From: a virus
Lineage: Duplodnaviria > Heunggongvirae > Uroviricota > Caudoviricetes
DNA length: 25,572 nucleotides
Virus record (IMG/VR): IMGVR_UViG_2910903598_000005
Location: 133,058-158,629 of that record
Direction: 5' to 3' (one strand)
How positions within the stretch are numbered: position 1 is the stretch's first letter; each line of letters begins with the position of its first letter. This document shows, in pieces, positions 16,238-24,145 of the stretch. A program made the translations under genes and the position numbers. Below the pieces are notes generated by a model. It did not search any database and was not told where the DNA came from. It saw only the letters and a list, made by a program, of their open reading frames with translations.

Positions 16238-16403
16238 GATTTTAAAAGGTGGAACTAAACGCAAAGTGAAGTGTAATGGATGTGGCGCCAAATTGAGATT
16301 TGATGAATCAGATATTAAATCTGAACTTGTCGGATACAGCTATTATAGTGGGTATGTGGAATTAATTCACTGTCCACAGTGTGGTCATAAAATTATATTG
16401 TAA
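16230..16403 (+). CDS. Zn-ribbon small protein (57 aa), paralog of the upstream gene, not in ORF track
   Basis: MIKILKGGTKRKVKCNGCGAKLRFDESDIK...IHCPQCGHKIIL aligns with MIEILERGTRKQCTCENCGAELSYEKDDIK...IICPQCKHPIEV. Confidence 0.75.
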   Translation: MIKILKGGTKRKVKCNGCGAKLRFDESDIKSELVGYSYYSGYVELIHCPQCGHKIIL

Positions 16404-16433
16404 AGTCAAACAACAGAAAGGTGGTGAAAAGCA

Positions 16434-16790
16434 GTGCATCCTAACCGATTTTTTGATGAATGTGCTATTAGAACAGGACTTGATACGGTTGAAATTTTTG
16501 ATGAAGAATTACGATCTAAACTACGTGATACACACCCAAAGAACTTTATTAAAACAAGAATAGAATTGCCAGTATATCAAATCAAACTAGCATATTTTAC
16601 AGCAAAGGGAAACTATAAAAATGCATACAGATATGCGGTATTCAACTCAAAAGATGATAACGAGTATTCTGATTTTTGGCTTGATATGTTTGTTAGGGAC
16701 TATAACAATGAGAATCCAGATCATCCAATGAAAGATTGCAAAATCTTAGATATGAAATATATCGGAGACGCTGTGCTGCCGATTGGTTAG
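16434..16790 (+). CDS. Hypothetical protein
   Basis: AAAGGTGGTG SD, GTG start, 118 aa. Confidence 0.7.
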   Translation: MHPNRFFDECAIRTGLDTVEIFDEELRSKLRDTHPKNFIKTRIELPVYQIKLAYFTAKGNYKNAYRYAVFNSKDDNEYSDFWLDMFVRDYNNENPDHPMKDCKILDMKYIGDAVLPIG

Positions 16791-16967
16791 GCTTCAACCA
16801 TCTGTGCTAATTACCTTTAGAACATAAAGGTTTTCACGAAGATATGATTTAACGGATCGTTGGTTAGATTGTATCGAAAAAGTAATGTGATAGTGATGTA
16901 AAAAGACACTCACCAAGTATGGCTTTACCTCACGGAAAACGAAATAAATTTTCGTGAGGAAGTACAT

Positions 16968-17981
16968 TTGGTTAAGAAACCTAAGAATATTGATGAATTA
17001 TTAGATACATGCCCTGCAAACAAGACAATTTGTGACAACATGATTCGGGCATGGTCAATTATAAACAGAACTGATTATAAAAAGATTTTATGCTCAATTT
17101 CTGGTGGAGCTGACAGTGATGTAATGTTAGACATGATCTGGAAATGTGATATACATAACAAGGTTGATTACATGTGGTTTGACACTGGTTTAGAGTATCA
17201 AGCAACTAAAGACCATCTTAAATATCTTGAAAATAAATATGATATTGAGATTATCCAACAGAAAGCAATTAAAGCAATTCCATTATCATGTAAGATTTAT
17301 GGACAACCATTCATGTCTAAGCATGTCAGCGAAATGATGTATAGATTGCAAAGCCACGGATTCCAATGGGAAGACAAACCATTTGATGATTTATATCAGA
17401 AGTATCCGAAGTGCAAATCTGCTCTTATGTGGTGGTGTGATTCACACGGTACGTTAAATAATGGCAAAAGATTGAGTAGTTTTAACATTAACTATAACAG
17501 ATTTTTAAAAGAATTTATAGTCCAGAACCCACCGCAATTTAAGATTTCTGGGAAGTGTTGCAACTATGCTAAGAAAGATGTATCTCATAAAGCAATAAAA
17601 GACAATGGATATGATCTAAGTATTATAGGTGTTCGGAAAGCCGAAGGCGGAGTAAGAGCATCAAGATATAAAAGTTGTTTTGATGAAAAGGTCGGGCAGT
17701 GTGATCAATACAGACCAATTTTTTGGTATTTGGATAGCGACAAATCAGAATATTGTGCATATTTTAAGATTAGCCATTCGGATTGTTATGAACGATATGG
17801 ATTAAAAAGGACAGGCTGTTGTGGGTGTCCTTTTGGTAAAGATTATCAAAACGAACTTGATATCGTAAAACAATTTGAACCAAGAATGTATAACGGTATC
17901 TGTAATATATTTAAAGATTCTTATGAGTATACAAAACAATATAGAGAATTTGTAAAGGAGAGAAAACTTGACGTTAGATAA
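16968..17981 (+). CDS. PAPS-reductase-family (PP-loop, Fe-S) protein
   Basis: PP-loop SISGGADS, FDTGLEY, SGKCC, IGVRKAEGGVR and RTGCCGCPF. GAGGA SD with TTG start. Confidence 0.85.
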   Translation: MVKKPKNIDELLDTCPANKTICDNMIRAWSIINRTDYKKILCSISGGADSDVMLDMIWKCDIHNKVDYMWFDTGLEYQATKDHLKYLENKYDIEIIQQKAIKAIPLSCKIYGQPFMSKHVSEMMYRLQSHGFQWEDKPFDDLYQKYPKCKSALMWWCDSHGTLNNGKRLSSFNINYNRFLKEFIVQNPPQFKISGKCCNYAKKDVSHKAIKDNGYDLSIIGVRKAEGGVRASRYKSCFDEKVGQCDQYRPIFWYLDSDKSEYCAYFKISHSDCYERYGLKRTGCCGCPFGKDYQNELDIVKQFEPRMYNGICNIFKDSYEYTKQYREFVKERKLDVR

Positions 17982-18615
17982 AGAAGATATTTATGACATT
18001 GCCAAGGCAGTCGTAAAAGTAATTGAAGATAAAGACATGATGAAGTCGGAAGAAAATGATTGTACCTCAGAAAAAGTAGAGCTTCAAACATTAAATGTTG
18101 GTGATGCCTTTAAGGTAGCAGGGTATGAATGGATCGTGTTAAATCAATTTAAATATGCTCAAACTTGTTTTTGCATTATGAAAGATTTTTTGGGTGATAC
18201 AAAGCCATTCGACACATATTGTAACAGATGGGAATCTAGTCGTCTTCGTCACGATTTAAAATATATCGGATGTGAAATTGAAGATAATTGTCATCATGAT
18301 GTGTTGCAGTATATGGAACGTGATTTAATGGCACTTGATGGAACAATGGCGAATGAAATAAGTATTGATAAAGTTTCTTTACTAACTTTAGACGAATATA
18401 GACTATACAGAGAGTATTTAGAATATCCAAAAACAAATAATAAATTAGCCGAGTGGGCATTATTAACGCCAACAACGAATTGTGAAACTGACGGCATTTG
18501 TGGCGTTCGTATTGACGGATCAATTGTTCCATCATGCACTTGTAGCGGATATTTTAATATTCGCCCAGTATGCACATTTATATCAGACGTGGTAGTAGAG
18601 AAGGTAGGATCATGA
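17968..18615 (+). CDS. DUF6273-like phage protein
   Basis: L..L.VGD.F...G.EWIVL...DKVSLLTLDEYR.Y...W.LLTP...IRPVC (from recall). Confidence 0.65.
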   Translation: MTLDKEDIYDIAKAVVKVIEDKDMMKSEENDCTSEKVELQTLNVGDAFKVAGYEWIVLNQFKYAQTCFCIMKDFLGDTKPFDTYCNRWESSRLRHDLKYIGCEIEDNCHHDVLQYMERDLMALDGTMANEISIDKVSLLTLDEYRLYREYLEYPKTNNKLAEWALLTPTTNCETDGICGVRIDGSIVPSCTCSGYFNIRPVCTFISDVVVEKVGS

Positions 18616-19013
18616 ATGCAAATGATAAGTTAAAGAAATGGATCAATCATAATTATTTGACAAAAGGAGATAGAAGAATGATTACAGATAAAACAAAATG
18701 GAATGACGAAAATTATTATAGCGAAAATTTCAAAGAAATCATGTATGACAAAATTACAGCAGGAATTGATTTAACGGAAAGCGAGCTTAAAGGATTGGCA
18801 TGTGAATTTCCATTTTATGAAATTGAAAAAGATAGAGATAGTTTTACCGTGGATACGCAGTCGATTGTTAAACTCCGTGACAAGTATTTTGCTATTAATT
18901 GGCAGCAAGGTTTAGAAGATTTTGAGGATAGTAAATTTGGCGCCCAGCCATATGAAGTGAAGAAAGTAAATCGAATGACTACTGAATGGGTTCCAGTAAA
19001 ACAGGATTCATAA
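18612..19013 (+). CDS. Hypothetical phage protein
   Basis: ATGA coupling at 18612. A second SD AAAGGAG lies before an in-frame ATG at 18678. Confidence 0.7.
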   Translation: MNANDKLKKWINHNYLTKGDRRMITDKTKWNDENYYSENFKEIMYDKITAGIDLTESELKGLACEFPFYEIEKDRDSFTVDTQSIVKLRDKYFAINWQQGLEDFEDSKFGAQPYEVKKVNRMTTEWVPVKQDS

Positions 19014-19031
19014 AATAAATGTTTTGTGTAC

Positions 19032-19067
19032 AAAAAAAGATACCACCTCAATTAAGAAGTGGTATCT
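19032..19067 (-). terminator. Intrinsic terminator on the minus strand
   Basis: Minus strand AGATACCACTTC-ttaatt-GAGGTGGTATCT followed by a T run: 12-bp stem with one G-U pair, then the U tract. Confidence 0.8.
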
Positions 19068-19112
19068 CGTATACAAAATTACACCGTTTCCAAACTAAGT
19101 TGATTTATGTGC
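19032..19112 (-). ncRNA. Predicted ~80-nt small RNA, candidate crRNA-like RNA
   Basis: Bounded by TGTG-C-TATAAT (19129-19119) and the terminator, with no internal SD-led ORF. Sequence GCACATAAATCAACTTA-GTTTGGAAACGGTGTAATTTTGTATACG-terminator. Confidence 0.6.
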
Positions 19113-19118
19113 AAATTT

Positions 19119-19129
19119 ATTATAGCACA
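19119..19129 (-). promoter_or_regulatory. Extended -10 promoter (TRTG-n-TATAAT) firing leftwards
   Basis: Perfect TGTGCTATAAT on the minus strand. Poor -35, which extended -10 promoters can tolerate. Confidence 0.7.
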
Positions 19130-19141
19130 GGAAGGAGAAAT

Positions 19142-19615
19142 ATGGAACAGGTTTTTACATCAGACTATGAGGATGTTTATAAAGTTAAAGATGGCGTAAT
19201 GTTTCACGTTAAGAAATATAGCAGGGTGCGTGATGAAAAAACTGGTAGATACCGATGTATTAAGCTTGAAGATAGAATGAAGCTTAAAAACTATATTAAA
19301 GATAAGAGCTATCAAAATTGTTGTTTAAAAATTGCAAGTGAAGATGTGCATATTGACAACGGGTTTTGGTCTGGTGAGTATACATTGATCCAGAAAGGTT
19401 CAGTGTTTGACGGTGATTTTATTATTAAACCAGTTAGTCCACATTTTTATCGGTATGAAATTAAAACATCTGGAGACGCATTTAATGGAGATATTATCCA
19501 AATGAATAAAATGGTTAAAGATATCATGGAAGTAATAAATGGCGAAGTGTATAAGGATATTTTTGAGCAGTTAAATCAAATTGGGGACCTTCGTTATAAA
19601 CCACATTATGAGTAA
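19142..19615 (+). CDS. Hypothetical protein (157 aa) divergent from the sRNA
   Basis: GAAGGAG SD before ATG 19142. The track start at 19019 lacks an SD and spans the sRNA. Confidence 0.75.
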   Translation: MEQVFTSDYEDVYKVKDGVMFHVKKYSRVRDEKTGRYRCIKLEDRMKLKNYIKDKSYQNCCLKIASEDVHIDNGFWSGEYTLIQKGSVFDGDFIIKPVSPHFYRYEIKTSGDAFNGDIIQMNKMVKDIMEVINGEVYKDIFEQLNQIGDLRYKPHYE

Positions 19616-19662
19616 GAGAAATAAAATTTGACTTTGAAATAAGAAAAGGAGAGATAAGAAAC

Positions 19663-20826
19663 TTGGCAAAAGAAAGAGCGTTAGCACATATTGAAGAAAT
19701 TGCATGGATTAAACCAATTGATGGTGCAGATAATATCGAACTAATTGGCGTTCTTGGTTGGGTATTAATCGCAAAAATTGATGAATTTAAAGTTGGGGAC
19801 AAAGCTGTATTTGTTGAAATTGACAGCAAATGCCCAGCAGATGATGAGAGATTTGCTTTTCTAGAGAAGAAGCATTATAAGGTCAAAACAATGAAACTCG
19901 GAAAATTTAAATGTTTTAGTCAAGGGTTAGCATTACCACTTACATTATTCCCAGAATTATCTGATAGAAAACTTGGTGATGATGTTACAAAGGAATTAAG
20001 AATTACATATTCTTCCGAAGAAGATCGTAAGAGAAAATCGAATAAAGTAGATACAAACGCTAAATATAAAGCTATGGCTGCAAGACATAAAGAATTTTTC
20101 TCGAAACCAATCATCAGAAAAATCATGAGGTACGACATTGGTAGAAAAATTTTATTCTTGTTCTTTGGTAAGAAAAAAGATAATCCTAAACAGTTCCCAT
20201 CATGGATTGTGAAGACAGATGAAAACCGAATTGAAAATTGCCCATTCTATCTTGAATCTAATGAGGAGTGGGTTCAAACAGAGAAAATTGATGGAACGTC
20301 TTGCACATATGCTGTTGATCGGATGAAACGTGGCAAAAACAAATTCGAGTTTGTTGTATGTAGTAGAAATGTCCGACAGGCTGACAGAGATCAGGAATGT
20401 TATCATGACTCAAATATCTACTGGGAACTTGCCGACAAATATAATATTGAAAAGGTTTTAAGTGACTATGCTATTGCAAATAATTACGATCGTGTTGTTT
20501 TACAGGGAGAAGGTACAGGTAGCGTACAAGGAAATCCTTATAAATTGAAAGACAATCGCTTATTCGTATTCAATTTGGTAGTTGAAGGAATTCGTAAAGG
20601 TACACAGGAAATGGCAAAATTCTGTGAAGAAAACAACTTAGAACATGTGCCAATTATCAACGAACACTACAAAACGCCTGACACGATGGAAGAGATTAAA
20701 CTTCAGGCTGATGGATTCAGTATTATCAATCCAAAAGTTAAAAGAGAAGGATTTGTATACAGAAGTCTTGACGGACAGCAAAGTTTCAAAAATGTCAGCA
20801 GAGAGTATCTGCTAAAACACCAGTAA
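19663..20826 (+). CDS. ATP-dependent RNA ligase, DRB0094/Rnl2-like family
   Basis: N-terminal OB-like module (IKPIDGADNIE...FKVGD..VFVEIDS), then motif I EKIDG, LQGEG, FVFNL, EGFV and FKNVS..YL. Confidence 0.9.
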   Translation: MAKERALAHIEEIAWIKPIDGADNIELIGVLGWVLIAKIDEFKVGDKAVFVEIDSKCPADDERFAFLEKKHYKVKTMKLGKFKCFSQGLALPLTLFPELSDRKLGDDVTKELRITYSSEEDRKRKSNKVDTNAKYKAMAARHKEFFSKPIIRKIMRYDIGRKILFLFFGKKKDNPKQFPSWIVKTDENRIENCPFYLESNEEWVQTEKIDGTSCTYAVDRMKRGKNKFEFVVCSRNVRQADRDQECYHDSNIYWELADKYNIEKVLSDYAIANNYDRVVLQGEGTGSVQGNPYKLKDNRLFVFNLVVEGIRKGTQEMAKFCEENNLEHVPIINEHYKTPDTMEEIKLQADGFSIINPKVKREGFVYRSLDGQQSFKNVSREYLLKHQ

Positions 20827-20857
20827 AATAAAGGGTTTTTGACGATTGGATTTTTAC

Positions 20858-20875
20858 ATAAAACTCGAATTTTAT
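20858..20875. promoter_or_regulatory. Palindromic motif A (exact copy 3)
   Basis: ATAAAActcgaaTTTTAT just before the SD of the kinase-HD gene. Confidence 0.6.
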
Positions 20876-20892
20876 AACACGAAAGGAGAATT

Positions 20893-21894
20893 ATGAGCAA
20901 AAGAAAACCAAGACTTACATTATTGTGTGGCTTATCAGCATCTGGTAAGTCACAATACATAAACACTGTTTCACAAGGCAGTGGCAATGAAGTTATCACT
21001 ATATCAACAGATGGCATTAGAGAAAATATATGTGGAAGAGTAGAAGATCAGTCAAAAAATAAAGAAGTATTTCAGACATTTCATAACCTGATTGTCAAGT
21101 ATCTTAAAAATGGTATTGACGTTGTAGCAGAAGCAACGAATATTACTATGAAATCCAGAAGAGCCATTCTCAATGTCATCAAAGGAATTGATTGCGAGAA
21201 AGTTTGCGTGGTTATCGTAAAGCCGATTAATGAGTGTAAGAAAGACAATATCGACAGAGAACATCCCGTTCCAGGATATGTAATTGACAAACAGGCAAGA
21301 AAATTCCAGATTCCATTCCTTGAAGAAGGATGGGATAAGATTGAATTTGTTGATCATATAACCGATATAAACAGATACATTTTTAAGATTGAAAACAAAT
21401 GGGTTCCAGAAGAGTATAACGACTTTGACCAAAAGAATCCGTATCATATGGAATCTCTTGGCAAACATATGACAGATGCCTATGATTTTTCAAAAAAGAT
21501 TCATAACGATTATTCAGTGTTAGTGGCTACTAAATATCACGATATGGGTAAATTATACACTCAGACATTCGATGAGAATGGTGTGGCACACTATTACGGA
21601 CATGAAAATATTGGTGCATATATGATGTTGGTCTATGAGGTTGCAAATCAGCATTGTTTATTTGTGAATCATAATATAGGAGACATTGCTTTCTATATTA
21701 ATTACCACATGCTACCGTTCCAATGGAAACCCAACGGTACTAAAACAGAAACAAAATGGGCAAAACGCTTCGGATCAAAAAAATATCACAACTTATGGGA
21801 TATGCATATTGCTGATTTAATAGCATCAAAAAGAAAAGATAAAGATGTATGCACAGAAATCCTTGAAAATCGAGGACGTGACGATGAATCCTAA
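20893..21894 (+). CDS. Polynucleotide-kinase-like P-loop domain fused to a C-terminal HD phosphoesterase
   Basis: [21 protein letters not shown] and FQIP...EEGW, then H...[20 protein letters not shown] and ADL. Confidence 0.85.
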   Translation: MSKRKPRLTLLCGLSASGKSQYINTVSQGSGNEVITISTDGIRENICGRVEDQSKNKEVFQTFHNLIVKYLKNGIDVVAEATNITMKSRRAILNVIKGIDCEKVCVVIVKPINECKKDNIDREHPVPGYVIDKQARKFQIPFLEEGWDKIEFVDHITDINRYIFKIENKWVPEEYNDFDQKNPYHMESLGKHMTDAYDFSKKIHNDYSVLVATKYHDMGKLYTQTFDENGVAHYYGHENIGAYMMLVYEVANQHCLFVNHNIGDIAFYINYHMLPFQWKPNGTKTETKWAKRFGSKKYHNLWDMHIADLIASKRKDKDVCTEILENRGRDDES

Positions 21895-22021
21895 GTATAA
21901 CCCACCTAACCCAGACGCTCAGTTAAACAATCCGTGTTATTACGATTCTGAGCAGTTTGAGTTAGAGGAAGAGTTTGAACTACAAAATTATCCAGATGAC
22001 GAGGAGGATACAGATGATTAA
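21884..22021 (+). CDS. Small acidic hypothetical protein (45 aa), not in ORF track
   Basis: [31 protein letters not shown]... Confidence 0.55.
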   Translation: MNPKYNPPNPDAQLNNPCYYDSEQFELEEEFELQNYPDDEEDTDD

Positions 22022-22280
22022 ATTACACTTATGGCAGTTTATGCTTTGCAATTTGGGAACTGTTGCCATTGGCGCATTTCTTGGTGCTATGGTAGCAGGC
22101 GGATTCCTTATCCGCAAACTTGACATTGCTAGACTTCAGGAATTGATTGATGACAATGAGGCAAAGATTGAATTTCTCGAACAGGAACGAGAAGAAATTG
22201 ATGATGAGATCGATGAATTAGATGATAAGTCTGATGAAGATAATGATGACATTATTACAGGCGAGGAGGACGAAGAGTAA
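22014..22280 (+). CDS. Membrane-anchored protein with acidic coiled tail
   Basis: GAGGAGG SD before ATG 22014. N-terminal TM segment and D/E-rich tail. Confidence 0.7.
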   Translation: MIKLHLWQFMLCNLGTVAIGAFLGAMVAGGFLIRKLDIARLQELIDDNEAKIEFLEQEREEIDDEIDELDDKSDEDNDDIITGEEDEE

Positions 22281-22438
22281 TGGAAGAACTTTCCAAAGCG
22301 GTTATTGAGTTGCAGCTCTCATATGGCTTGAGTCTGCGAACAATTCAGAAGATGGTGCGTGATGTATACAAAAATACAAATGATGCACCGCCAACAGGTA
22401 TTACACCTAAGACAACTAAATCAAAATCAACTAAATAA
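22280..22438 (+). CDS. Small hypothetical protein (52 aa, [11 protein letters not shown]...), not in ORF track
   Basis: TA(A)TG coupling. The ORF fills the gap. Confidence 0.6.
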   Translation: MEELSKAVIELQLSYGLSLRTIQKMVRDVYKNTNDAPPTGITPKTTKSKSTK

Positions 22439-22451
22439 GGAGTGAATTACT

Positions 22452-23147
22452 ACGGCTAATTTCTTACAGCGTAAAGAATATTTTGGAAAGTATCGTGTTG
22501 TGGCAGCATATAACATGGATACTAATGATTTTCCTAGAACTGATGCAGGATTAATAGATCCTAGCTTTGATGATTTGTACATAAAATGCTCATTTGGTAA
22601 TCAGATATATTACTACGGAAAAGGTAAGCATAGAGGTGAATATACCCTTGTAGCTTACATCCCCTCATTAATAAGAGGGCGTAATGTTATAAAGGCAATT
22701 CGAGAGATAGACAAAGATATTCCCTATTATATAGAAGAAACTGATAAAGAAGTGCTGTTTAGATTTGATGTGAAACATCTGGATACTGTTGCCGAGTTGC
22801 TGAAGGCACAGAAGAGTAGAATCCGTGACGATGGAACTTACAAATATATCTCACCTTTTTCACCAAAAAACTTGCCAAAAACACCTTATAAAATTCCAGA
22901 TGATGAATTGAGTACCTACAAGAAATTAACTGCAAATTTGAAGCGTGAGGAGATGTATAAGGTAGGGCGGATTGCAACTAGATTCTTAAAAGAAAAGATA
23001 TGCTCACGCAAGTTTACATTCCAAGACTTGAAAGCAGAACAGAAAAAGATGGGGTTGAAAGGCAAGAACTATATTCATGCCAAAGGATTATGGGACGAAT
23101 ATTGCCGATACACAGAAAACGAACTACGCAAGGAGAATTTATTATGA
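22452..23147 (+). CDS. Hypothetical phage protein, probable non-canonical ACG start
   Basis: SD AAGGAG 22437-22442, in-frame TGA 22443, ACG 22452 at 9-nt spacing. The frame continues ANFLQRKEYFGKYRV into the track GTG at 22500. Confidence 0.65.
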   Translation, partial: TANFLQRKEYFGKYRVVAAYNMDTNDFPRTDAGLIDPSFDDLYIKCSFGNQIYYYGKGKHRGEYTLVAYIPSLIRGRNVIKAIREIDKDIPYYIEETDKEVLFRFDVKHLDTVAELLKAQKSRIRDDGTYKYISPFSPKNLPKTPYKIPDDELSTYKKLTANLKREEMYKVGRIATRFLKEKICSRKFTFQDLKAEQKKMGLKGKNYIHAKGLWDEYCRYTENELRKENLL

Positions 23148-23551
23148 GTACAAATAATGTAATGATGACCGAAAACGATAAAAGAAACGTAGAAAACACA
23201 GACTTACAGAAGCAGATTAAAGAAGAAAAACATAAGCTTAATTTCATTAAAGATGTGGACAAGCTGCTCAAGAAATATAAATTGCCAAAAGATTATCTGT
23301 ATCTGGCGGCTAAAAAATCAAGTCTTAACACAGATCGCAAGTTATACATGATTGAAGTTGAAACATTTAATGACGGTGTGTATGACGGCAATGTGACCTT
23401 AATCGTACATGGCACTGAAGATGAAGTGAAAAAACAGCAGAAGTTATTGGTTGAAAAATTAAAAGAACAGTACAAAGACGAAACAGAAATGACTTTTGAG
23501 GATTCTTACTACAACGAAGTTGGATTGCCTCTGATGCTTTGTAAACGATAG
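23144..23551 (+). CDS. Hypothetical protein
   Basis: AAGGAG SD before ATG 23144 (ATGA-type overlap with the upstream stop region). Confidence 0.7.
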   Translation: MSTNNVMMTENDKRNVENTDLQKQIKEEKHKLNFIKDVDKLLKKYKLPKDYLYLAAKKSSLNTDRKLYMIEVETFNDGVYDGNVTLIVHGTEDEVKKQQKLLVEKLKEQYKDETEMTFEDSYYNEVGLPLMLCKR

Positions 23552-23623
23552 TTTACATACCATAATGACGAAATATTAAATTTTGTGAAAGTTGCACAAA
23601 GAAAATGGAAAGGAAATACATAT

Positions 23624-24145
23624 ATGGGATTATTAACAGAAAGCGGATTAATGAAAGTTGCAGAGTTTGAGAAAGTATCGTTTGACCAGTTCGTACAGGA
23701 CTGGGAAAAACAGATGGTTAGATACCCAGAAGAATCAATCTATGGTAGCTTAAAATTACCTTATCGTAAAACAATTGACTCCGCAGGGCATGACTTTATT
23801 AGTCCAGCAGATATTACAATTCGTCCAGGAGATGCACGAGTTATCCCAACAGGAATTAGATGCAAAATTGAAAAAGGATGGGTATTATTAGTATTCATTC
23901 GCAGTAGTTTGGGCATCAAAGCACAGGCTAGAATTGGTAACGGTACAGGAGTAATTGATGGTGACTACTATCACGCAGACAATGAAGGGCATATCTTTAT
24001 CAAGGTTGAGAATCATGGCAATGAACCACTGAAACTCAAGAAAGGTGATGCGTTTGCGCAGGGAGTTTTCCTACCTTATGGTGTAGCCGATAAAGAAGCT
24101 GTAACAACTAAAAGAACTGGCGGAATTGGAAGTACAGGTAAATAA
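23624..24145 (+). CDS. dut: Trimeric dUTPase
   Basis: SAGHDF, RSSLG, GVIDGDY, AQGVF and RTGGIGSTG motifs. AAAGGA SD before ATG 23624. Confidence 0.93.
   Translation: MGLLTESGLMKVAEFEKVSFDQFVQDWEKQMVRYPEESIYGSLKLPYRKTIDSAGHDFISPADITIRPGDARVIPTGIRCKIEKGWVLLVFIRSSLGIKAQARIGNGTGVIDGDYYHADNEGHIFIKVENHGNEPLKLKKGDAFAQGVFLPYGVADKEAVTTKRTGGIGSTGK

Noticed and set aside
16885-16904. ATGTGATAGTGATGTAAAAA loosely resembling another recalled type II-A repeat variant
   Set aside because: It lacks the GTTTG anchor and has no dedicated promoter/terminator. Chance in AT-rich DNA is plausible.
19068-19095. CRISPR array
   Set aside because: There is only one repeat-like unit, no second copy and no cas genes. 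It is reported as a solitary repeat-like RNA instead.
19019-19141. N-terminal extension of the 19142 gene given by the ORF track
   Set aside because: There is no SD at 19019, a strong SD precedes 19142, and the region holds the minus-strand sRNA unit.
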